A stretch of DNA of 64,000 bases from a virus. This document shows, in pieces, positions 32,855 through 41,438 of the stretch. The notes under the pieces are model-generated. The model was not told the origin of the DNA, ran no database searches, and saw nothing but the letters and a program-made list of their open reading frames with translations. Position 1 is the stretch's first letter. The number at the start of each line of letters is the position of its first letter. The translations under genes were made by a program, and so were the position numbers. Where the stretch lies: IMG/VR virus record IMGVR_UViG_3300009788_000088; one strand, given 5' to 3'.

Positions 32855-33161
32855 AATAAACCTCCTAACAATCGATTAAACGTTCGTGAATGGGAGTAAA
32901 ACCCTCCAGCATACCGACACAATCAGTGCTAAAGAAAATCTCTTCCCCGATATGCCCACCATTTTCGTTATCCACCGTATGACCGGGGCCGATGACATTA
33001 CCGAAGCAAGCCTCCAGCGCCCGGACAGTAGAAGCGTTTTCACAGGGGATGGTGAGACCTTTGCCGTTGGATTCAACCAGCAAGTAACCAATTCCCGAAC
33101 CCCACGAGCCGCCAAAACTTTTGATAATTCCTCTCTCCATGATAGCCTCCTTTTCAATTAC

Positions 33162-33190
33162 AATATAACTATTAATTATGTTCGTGTCAA
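33162..33190 (-). promoter_or_regulatory. early promoter
   Basis: TTGACA-N17-TATATT. Confidence 0.85.
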
Positions 33191-34074
33191 GTGTTATTCC
33201 TTATAATTGGAATTTCCTCTATATCCTCCAGATCAGTCCCACACATCGGACAGACACGTGGGCCGGTGCAAGGGATAGTACCAGTATACGGAAATCCTAG
33301 AGTGTGTTCACACTCCAGTTCCCTCATTTCAGGAATCATGTGGTGTCTCATCAAAGCCATTTTATTTTACACCAATTTGCTGATATTGGAATAGGCATTG
33401 AAAACTACTGCATTGAGCATCTTCAAAGCCTCACTCTTCATGTCATCGAAATACCCACCGGGCTCACAGAAATCTTTTTCATCCTTATAGGAACAAGCTC
33501 CCAGATTGTCATGACCCTTAAACCCTTTCCATGAAGCGGTCACGATTATATCACACCATACCCACTTGTTCCCTGCAAGCAGTTCCTTGACGATAAACTC
33601 TGCCATTGCCTTGTCCGTCTCTTCATCGATAGCCGAACAGTTACCAATAATCGGAATATCAGAGACACCGGCATCAACCTTGAATAACACTTCATCTGCT
33701 TTCAGTTCCCTTATCATGATATATCCCCTTCCTTTAAGATGCCAACCTTCTTTAAATTCGAAACGGCGTGTGGACCCAATTTACCATCCTTCGCCAGCTT
33801 CCTTAAATGAGCCGCTTCAGCCGCATTCACCTTCCTATGGAGTATTCTCCCCGTTGCGGCCCATCCAGCTAAAACGGCCCACCTACCTTTTTTCACTTGA
33901 TCTCCTTTACTTTATATCCATCATCAACGTACATATTAAGATGGTCTTCACACAACCACCCCCTACCTTCCAGACTTCCAGTATCAGGATCACGAACATC
34001 AGCTTTAACTAGTTTACCATCTTTAGCGGTGAACTCAATTTCTCCACGCTTACAACTAAAACATGATATGGCCA

Positions 34075-35442
34075 TTACTTGATCTCCTTCACTGTACATC
34101 TATTAAGCAGGGTCTCTTTGGCATCCCTGTAGACATTGTGAGCCTTGACCGTACCGTCTATCACAACCGTCTCATCCTTGCTCAACCCGGTCTCACCGTC
34201 CGGCCTCTTGACATTACCTGTTGAGAACCAAGTGAAGAGGTTGTCATCGGTATCGGCAAACTTGTAAATATCGGTCCAACCAAACCCACCTTCAAAACCA
34301 TGCTTGCTCAAAACCGTAACTTCTAACCCTCTTAAACGTTCTTTAATTTCACCGACATACTCAGAGGTCTCGGAGTAGTTAACCCTTGTGGCCTCAAGCT
34401 CAGGAAGCGTGAACCGTCTCCAGTACCATGAAGCCAGTGAAGCGGCCAGACCCTTTGCCCTCTTATTAAGAGCATCGCCAGCGGTTACCGTTATCAGGTT
34501 CCACTCATAATCGTTGAGAGCCTCAGACTCTTCATCGGTCAGATTCTCCGCATACTCCCTGATAGCCTCTATCCACTCAGTAGCGGTCTCAACATCTTCC
34601 ACCGTGGGGAGCATTTCGGTTCTTTTCTCAACTGACCAATCTTTGGAAGCTTTAGAGTTGACATCTTCAATATCCCACGAAGCCTTATCAACAGTAGGGG
34701 TCTCAACTATGTCACCCCATTCATCCCGGCACTTACTGATGGACATAAACTTACCATCCAACCTGACGTTCTTGGCCACGTAGTTCATGAAAGCGGCCAA
34801 TGAGATGTAATTCTCACCCTTGTATTCACCGTCACCCCAAAACTCATTACCACAATCATTTTCGAAGGTCCACCAAAACGTTGCCCAGTTAGCAACAGAA
34901 GAAGCGGTCATGTTACCGATGAAATCTTTAAGGCATGTGCTACCAACCTTTTTGAAATTCCCGTCCTCATCGACAAGAACAAAGGTGTTTTTTCTGAAAC
35001 GCTTGTGGCCACAATGATCACAGGAATCATCCGCTGTCCTGTACTCAAGAGGAAGAGTGATATCACTGGATGATACTACTAAGTTCTTGCCGTCCTCAGT
35101 GGCGGTATGAAGAATAGAAGCAACAAAGGTCCAACCCTCAATGATAGGCTTGGGTCCGGCCACCGTGATAGCGAGAGCGCTAACCCATTCCCGCTTGATG
35201 TGATACGTTACAGGGCAGTAGTCAACTTCCACTTCGATACGGGTCTTGAAGTGAACAGTGAAAGTGGGTTCCTCAACACCAACCTTCTTGGCCTTCTTAA
35301 CCACCTTGGCAAACCGGGCGTTGAAAGCTGGAAGGTTTCGTTCAGGAACAAGAAAGACCCTCTTCCCATCAAGATGGGGGAGGCCGCTTTCCTCATCGTA
35401 GGTTATTTTACTTTTAAAATTCTCAACGAATTCCACAGTCAT
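34075..35442 (-). CDS. early protein with Zn site and C-terminal OB-fold-like domain
   Basis: CDHC...VGSTC; C-terminal YVGEIKER...GTVKAH..Y...ETLLNR. Confidence 0.65.
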   Translation of the reverse strand: MTVEFVENFKSKITYDEESGLPHLDGKRVFLVPERNLPAFNARFAKVVKKAKKVGVEEPTFTVHFKTRIEVEVDYCPVTYHIKREWVSALAITVAGPKPIIEGWTFVASILHTATEDGKNLVVSSSDITLPLEYRTADDSCDHCGHKRFRKNTFVLVDEDGNFKKVGSTCLKDFIGNMTASSVANWATFWWTFENDCGNEFWGDGEYKGENYISLAAFMNYVAKNVRLDGKFMSISKCRDEWGDIVETPTVDKASWDIEDVNSKASKDWSVEKRTEMLPTVEDVETATEWIEAIREYAENLTDEESEALNDYEWNLITVTAGDALNKRAKGLAASLASWYWRRFTLPELEATRVNYSETSEYVGEIKERLRGLEVTVLSKHGFEGGFGWTDIYKFADTDDNLFTWFSTGNVKRPDGETGLSKDETVVIDGTVKAHNVYRDAKETLLNRCTVKEIK

Positions 35443-35447
35443 CTCTC

Positions 35448-35618
35448 CTATTTTGAGTTACAAGTCACGCAATAAAAAGAATCACGGTAATTATCATAAT
35501 CACCATCTTCTCGTGGAATTAATGCATGACAAGGAAAGTATTTACCGCAGTAATCACACTTGGCAAGAGCCATACAATCCGTTTTAACATAATCAAGTTC
35601 GTGAATGTGTTTACGCAT
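35448..35618 (-). CDS. 56 aa zinc-finger protein (absent from ORF track)
   Basis: MRKHIHE...CDYC...CVTC; AAGGAG RBS. Confidence 0.65.
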   Translation of the reverse strand: MRKHIHELDYVKTDCMALAKCDYCGKYFPCHALIPREDGDYDNYRDSFYCVTCNSK

Positions 35619-35635
35619 TTCAATCTCCTTTCATC

Positions 35636-35677
35636 TACCTCCATCTATAATATAACCAATTTAAGCAGTGATGTCAA
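35636..35677 (-). promoter_or_regulatory. early promoter
   Basis: TTGACA-N17-TATATT-atagat-GGAGGTA. Confidence 0.85.
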
Positions 35678-35704
35678 GTAAAATACCTACATTTATTTTA
35701 GGTC

Positions 35705-35740
35705 AAAAAATGCCCCCGATAGGCCATTCCTATCGGGGGC
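35705..35740 (-). terminator. intrinsic terminator
   Basis: 12 bp stem GCCCCCGATAGG/CCTATCGGGGGC followed by T6 on minus strand. Confidence 0.85.
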
Positions 35741-35800
35741 TAGGAGGTTCGGGACAGGGAGAAACGGTAAAGAAAAACCCCACCCCTTTCCTATGGCTAC

Positions 35801-36736
35801 TCAAATGATATTTTTACCCGGCATGAACGTTACCAAGTCAAAGAATTCCTCATGACTCAACTCAAATCCGGCGGCGTGAACATGGCCGCCGCCACCAAAG
35901 TATTCCGCAAGTTCCTTAGCCGTTACGTAACACCCTTCGGCTGACCTGACAGAAAACTTCACATGATTGGAAGTGAAGCTGTAACAGACTGCTACTCGGT
36001 CAATAAACGCCTTTTCAGCTATCAAAGCATCAGCGGCGTCGCTGTATAGGGTTGGGCTGTTGCATGTCCAAACAGGGTATTTCCCTATCCATGCATAACA
36101 GGCTGTGTTAGAGACGATCTCATTGACAATGGACATCCGGGTCTCAAGGATGATCTTCCCCTTCTCTACGACCCCTTGGAAATCGTTCTCCAGTTCCGCA
36201 GATAGAGCATCCCAACGTTCGAAGGTTTTTTTTGCGGTCATAATGTATGCGGATATCTCCCGGCTATAAGGAAGAGCCCAGTTGTACAAATCACGATCAC
36301 TTACATACTTGATAAGTGTGGGCATATCTGAATCCCAACCCTTGACCACCCCCAAGGTATTCGTAAAGAACTGCCACGCTATAACAGCGCCGGAGACATC
36401 AAATTTGATATGGGCGGTTAGATTATCCGGAAGTGATACCCCAGCTTCACGGTATTCTTCAAGAGCTTCTTCAGTCGTCTTATGATGATCCAACAAAAAA
36501 ACTTGTCCAGCTTCCATACACATATTATGAAGTACATCCACGGGATAACAGAAATCGATTAAGATGACTTCATCATACCCCACAACATCCGGAATTTTTT
36601 CTTCGCCGTAATGGGTGGGATAATACACCACCATCACGTCTTCTTCAGATTCCCTCAAAGCGTTGTGTGCTATCCATGCCCCGGTGAATCCATCTGAACA
36701 GTGCGGCCCGTGATAAATAATTATTCTACTTTTCAT
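35801..36736 (-). CDS. DHH/DHHA1 phosphoesterase
   Basis: YHGPHCSDG, IDF, LDHH, DRDL, SVRS, GGGGHVHAAGF. Confidence 0.9.
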   Translation of the reverse strand: MKSRIIIYHGPHCSDGFTGAWIAHNALRESEEDVMVVYYPTHYGEEKIPDVVGYDEVILIDFCYPVDVLHNMCMEAGQVFLLDHHKTTEEALEEYREAGVSLPDNLTAHIKFDVSGAVIAWQFFTNTLGVVKGWDSDMPTLIKYVSDRDLYNWALPYSREISAYIMTAKKTFERWDALSAELENDFQGVVEKGKIILETRMSIVNEIVSNTACYAWIGKYPVWTCNSPTLYSDAADALIAEKAFIDRVAVCYSFTSNHVKFSVRSAEGCYVTAKELAEYFGGGGHVHAAGFELSHEEFFDLVTFMPGKNII

Positions 36737-36846
36737 CGTTTATGTCCTCTACTTTGTCCGTTTAAATGTCCACACAATGTTTATACATTATAGATACTTG
36801 CGGTAATTCAGGCTCCTGAAATGTCCGCTTAAATGTCCTTTATACC

Positions 36847-37206
36847 CTATCGGGCATTTTTGATCTTGTCAATGTATAATTTTAGTCTGGTTTTGTCAGT
36901 TAAGGTCATAAAAAGAACCCGAATAAACCCGAACGGGTGTCGTTTCATTGCATACCAGTTTGCCCGGACCTCTGACCAGATGACAGCCATATGGTACTCA
37001 TCGGCCGTTTGATTGGTATGATACACTTCATGATCAAAGATAAACTCATAGGCGGCTGTGCCCTTTTTGAATCTATCGGAAATAAGGATGAGCGTGTAAT
37101 CTACGTACCACTCCGTTAAACCATAATAAGGATATAATTTCTTATCCGGCTCTATCATTAGATATTGCCGAAAGCCTACCTCTGTCCATAGGGCTGAATC
37201 ACTCAT
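36847..37206 (-). CDS. HExxH motif protein
   Basis: FDHEVYH...EVRAN. Confidence 0.45.
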   Translation of the reverse strand: MSDSALWTEVGFRQYLMIEPDKKLYPYYGLTEWYVDYTLILISDRFKKGTAAYEFIFDHEVYHTNQTADEYHMAVIWSEVRANWYAMKRHPFGFIRVLFMTLTDKTRLKLYIDKIKNAR

Positions 37207-38458
37207 ATTTTCCTCCCAGTCTTATTTCCATTGCCCCCTCTTTGAGAGTATGTCCCAACAAGAGTTTAATGATGTCCCGTAAAGTAAGCTCTATCTTATC
37301 AGAAAAATAGGCACTGTGTGTATATTTCATTATTCTTCTCCAAATTCCTGAAATCGTCCCCAGACGTTAAAAGATTCCCACAAAAACCTCGCTGTCTCTG
37401 GTTTCAGTGATCCAAATTTATTACACCACCGACACCAACAATCCACGTTACCACCACCATATCCCCACTCGGTTGCTGAAATTTCATGTCCTTTTAGTCC
37501 ACAAAACCACTGGTAAAATTTTCTAATGTATCGGGGATACTTAGAAACCTTAGCCCACGTTTGATGATAGGGTTTGTCATTTGTGGGACCGTTCCATTTC
37601 CAATTAGATGCGTCTACTCCTATTGGACATCTCATTAACATTCTCCGTGGGGACCGTACATCCAGTCTGTCTCATCCCAGTCATCATTAATTCCACACTC
37701 TTTGACCATATCCCAGATGAGCATGGTCCCCCTATCCATCATATCACCTGTTTTCAGGTAATGACAATACCCATTCATTTGAGGCGGAGCATCTGGAATG
37801 TTAGCCCAAAAAGGACAAACCTGACTTGTTAAGCGCATACCCCCTGAACTTTCTCTCCGCCCAGTATGCCAGTAACAATAACACCCGTGGGGGATAACTG
37901 CTTCCGGGTCTTCATGTGATGATGGTGGAAATTTTACTTTCATATTACTCCATTCAAATCCCTCATCCAGCCGGGACACCAAAAGGGTTTTTTTAAAATC
38001 CGTGGTACGTACCACGGAAGAAAGTGGACATCCCACTTGTTGCAATACCAAACATTGCTACCATCAATATGCTCCCCAAACAATACTTTTACATATTTAC
38101 AAGTGGAGCATTGTTTGACAGGCTTACCCCATTTCATTTTTCTGTACTTCCTTCGATTTTCTTTTTTAAAAATCAGACATGCTCAATGGGGAGCATCCGC
38201 ACATATACGACCCGTGGGCTTGTAATCCAACCCCATACAGTCACATCCAAATCGGCCGCAATTATTCATGCCTATCCTTGTGGACAGTTCATCAATAAGT
38301 TCACGGGTGGTGGCATTGTCCAGCCATGCCTGACTCCAGATACTTTTTAACATTTCTTCCAGAGATGCTACAAGTTCTGGAGACGGATTGATGACATTAC
38401 CCTTGGCTATAGCGGCGGCCACCATGTCTTTTATGCGATCAATATACATAACTACCTC

Positions 38459-39154
38459 CTAAACGAATTCATCATCTTCCTTGACAACAATGTCCTCAAA
38501 GATAACGGGAATGATTTTCTTAAGTTGTTTCAAGAGCGGTTTCATAAGCTGACGCATCTGGGGGTGAGCCGTAGGAGCAGTCCTCTGATTAAACATGAGT
38601 CTCCACTGACGCATGTTGGCCGTCACCATGATTTCCGTCTTCAGACCGATAGGTAGAACGTTCCGGGCCTGTTCCGGTTTCCACCCCATTTCAACGAGAT
38701 TAAAGTAATGGCGTTCAGCGTCCATCATGGCCTGATTGAACTCATCATAAAGCTTTTCTCCCATGCCTTCCCCGTACCGCTCATCATCGTACCATGACGG
38801 TGGATTCTCGATAATTTGAATCTCTCCACCGTGGCGGTCATTGGTATAATTACAGTAACGAGTGGATTCTTGTGAGAAAGAACAAAGACGGTGACGAACC
38901 TCTTCATGAGATACGCCCCGGTTACAGATGAACCGAACTGTCAAACTGGCATGTTCTAAAACAGATTCATGACCACGAGCGATAATCATCCGAACAAACT
39001 TTTTGGTAGCTTCGGATGCAATAACATGCTCAGGGTTTATATTCATCTTATGCTCTGACTTGTAACAGGTCCGACCACACTTTTCAATGTGTTCAAGAAT
39101 ACGTTTCCCACTAACGGAACTTTCAATTACAAAACGGGGTTTAACTGGAATCAT
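38459..39154 (-). CDS. thyX: flavin-dependent thymidylate synthase
   Basis: GHESVLEH, RHR..SFSQESTRY, ARNVLP. Confidence 0.95.
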   Translation of the reverse strand: MIPVKPRFVIESSVSGKRILEHIEKCGRTCYKSEHKMNINPEHVIASEATKKFVRMIIARGHESVLEHASLTVRFICNRGVSHEEVRHRLCSFSQESTRYCNYTNDRHGGEIQIIENPPSWYDDERYGEGMGEKLYDEFNQAMMDAERHYFNLVEMGWKPEQARNVLPIGLKTEIMVTANMRQWRLMFNQRTAPTAHPQMRQLMKPLLKQLKKIIPVIFEDIVVKEDDEFV

Positions 39155-39374
39155 TGTTATCTTCCCTTTTAATACAATGGTTGGTACTCACTGTCACGGT
39201 TACGGCCTCAATGGACGTTCTCTCCTTGATTCCTATAAACGTCTTGCGACCGTTGTTAGGAATCAAAACCAGAGCGATGAAATCCATGGAGCCCATAAAA
39301 TCAGAGCCCAGTGTCTGGGTCAGCACTCTCTTCACTTGTCCCTGTTGCTCTTCAGATAGCTGGGTATACATAGA

Positions 39375-39863
39375 TTACCTCCTTCTTCTCATTACGTCTT
39401 GGGGGTCAAAAGGCATATCCCTGACCCCCTTTAAATCATCACGTATTTCCATGATAATCTTGCCAAGGTTATTCGCACCGATTCCCCCGCTCATCCCCCA
39501 GAAGATGTCTCCCCAGTGATTCCCCTCAATGATGACAACATGCTCATGGGTCTGTATGAGGCTGGAACGGAAAGGCTCCTGTTCAAATTTCTGGTGAACA
39601 AGGTCTTTCATAATGGATACCCGAACCTGTTCCCAATCATCCCGGAGCTTCACGGCGTTACCAGCTTTCTTGGCGTTGCCGGGAGACATACAGGAGATAG
39701 CTCTTCGAAGTTCATGATTGAACGTCTTGGCCGCTTGGTATGCCGCCTCCACCGTGATGAAAGGCATCCCGTCCAAATAGATGGAGTCTTCCAGTGTGGC
39801 GAAGTTGCTCAGGTAGCGCTCATCCCCATCGAATGAAATTATATTACCTTGTCGATTTCTCAT
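39375..39863 (-). CDS. NADAR family protein
   Basis: LSNF, TVEAAYQAAK, LRDDWE, KF.Q, EGNHWGDIFWG, GANNLGKIIM. Confidence 0.9.
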   Translation of the reverse strand: MRNRQGNIISFDGDERYLSNFATLEDSIYLDGMPFITVEAAYQAAKTFNHELRRAISCMSPGNAKKAGNAVKLRDDWEQVRVSIMKDLVHQKFEQEPFRSSLIQTHEHVVIIEGNHWGDIFWGMSGGIGANNLGKIIMEIRDDLKGVRDMPFDPQDVMRRRR

Positions 39864-40123
39864 AAGCACTCCAATTTGTATCCCATCAGGGAGTCTCTTT
39901 GAATCCCACATAAGACAAGAGAGCCGCCAGCGCCCATACCACTGTGAAGATGCCGATGTACTTTACATAATTCATGGGAGCTTTGTAGAGGAAAAGAGCG
40001 GCCAGAATAATGATATGGAAAATCACAATGTATGACCGCACAAAGAATTGTTTCTTGTGTTCCTGTTTACCGCCTTTGTCCCCATACCAACAGTTTGCCA
40101 TAACCAACCTCCATATTCGCTAT

Positions 40124-40516
40124 TCACGAATCAAGAATAACTGGTTCGATATTATCATTCCAGTATGTTAAGTTACCTCTGTTCATCGACTCCTTTATCA
40201 TATGGTGGGTGCCTGTGCTTACGCCATCCCAGACAGCTACCACTATATCAGCATCATCCGCCATTTCCGAATTACGAATGCGGCCAGCCCGGTAACGTCC
40301 GTACTTGGACCAGTTGGCTGGGTAAAGCTTGAAAGGGATACCACTCTCATCAGCAATCTGTTTGGCAATCGTATCAACTCCACGAGCACCTCCAGAAATA
40401 ATAAGGGTGATATCCCCCGGCTTCACACCAAGAGCATCCAGCCCGACCCGAACCGTTCTAGATACCAGAACTTTCTTCGTTATCGTTCTGCTCCCCACTA
40501 TCGCCAGCACCATCAC
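40124..40516 (-). CDS. SLOG family (DUF2493/YspA-like) protein
   Basis: IVGSR, ISGGARGVD, AG.IRN.EM, WDGVSTGT. Confidence 0.85.
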   Translation of the reverse strand: MMVLAIVGSRTITKKVLVSRTVRVGLDALGVKPGDITLIISGGARGVDTIAKQIADESGIPFKLYPANWSKYGRYRAGRIRNSEMADDADIVVAVWDGVSTGTHHMIKESMNRGNLTYWNDNIEPVILDS

Positions 40517-41108
40517 TCACCAGTTCTTTCAGAAGATCGAAAAGTGGTTTGATATCCTTGATGATTTTTGCTTTGAGTTCTGGATTGTCGGCCCCCATTT
40601 CCCGTAAATCTTTGACCATCTCACCGGCCGATGATAAGAGAGGAGAGTTGATCGACTCTTCTAGGCCGCCTTTGTTAAAAGCATATGCCCGAAGCACTTC
40701 CGCTTCCCGACAACTCAGAAACTGGTCAGCATCTTCTACCGGCATGGCGAAAGCCGTAACCAACCGGGGAATGCCCTGAATATTGGAGTAATGGCAACGA
40801 CAATAATTAACCTCCCTGAACGGGACGGTTGTTACTGCGGCGGCCACAGTATCAGGAGTGATTTCTTCATGGGTCCGATTCTTAATATCGTTCACCATTT
40901 TTTCAGGTAAACTGTCCCCATTAAAGATATCAACCATCTTCACGGCACGGCCTTGAGCAATCTTCCGACCCAACTTACGGTTGGGTTGATCGATTGGACT
41001 CCTGTAGGCACGGCCCACATAAATGATATTGATATTCTCATCCACAAGGATGTAAGAAGCTACATCAATATCCCCAGATTCTCGATTGTATACAGTAAAC
41101 TCTTTCAT
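40458..41108 (-). CDS. hypothetical protein
   Basis: GRAYRSPIDQPNRKLGRKIAQGRA motif typical of phage hypotheticals. Confidence 0.6.
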   Translation of the reverse strand: MKEFTVYNRESGDIDVASYILVDENINIIYVGRAYRSPIDQPNRKLGRKIAQGRAVKMVDIFNGDSLPEKMVNDIKNRTHEEITPDTVAAAVTTVPFREVNYCRCHYSNIQGIPRLVTAFAMPVEDADQFLSCREAEVLRAYAFNKGGLEESINSPLLSSAGEMVKDLREMGADNPELKAKIIKDIKPLFDLLKELVSDGAGDSGEQNDNEESSGI

Positions 41109-41402
41109 GCCATACGCTCCTTTGTGAAACCTTCTAAACATGATCCTTTACGCTCTACATAAGTGCCGTGTAATCGACACCTTGACGGTTTGTTCCTGTG
41201 ATGATCACAGTTCTGACAAATGGGGCGATCTTCTGGTTTAACGTACCCCGTACCAGCAATGATTTTGGGTTTAGTGGCCTTCTTTGATTTTTCCGTGGCC
41301 GCCTGTTTGCGGTTCTTTTTTTGTATGCGCTTCTCTTGTTTCATTCCACGCTCCTTTTGTTATGACATGTCGATTAGATGTACACGTCTATCATTGCTAT
41401 CT

Positions 41403-41430
41403 AATATAACCTATTTTTTCGACATGTCAA
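41403..41430 (-). promoter_or_regulatory. early promoter
   Basis: TTGACA-N16-TATATT. Confidence 0.7.
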
Positions 41431-41438
41431 GCTTTTTA

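Noticed and set aside
40458-41108. Anti-CBASS sponge assignment
   Set aside because: Only a vague motif resemblance; cannot be supported without a profile search
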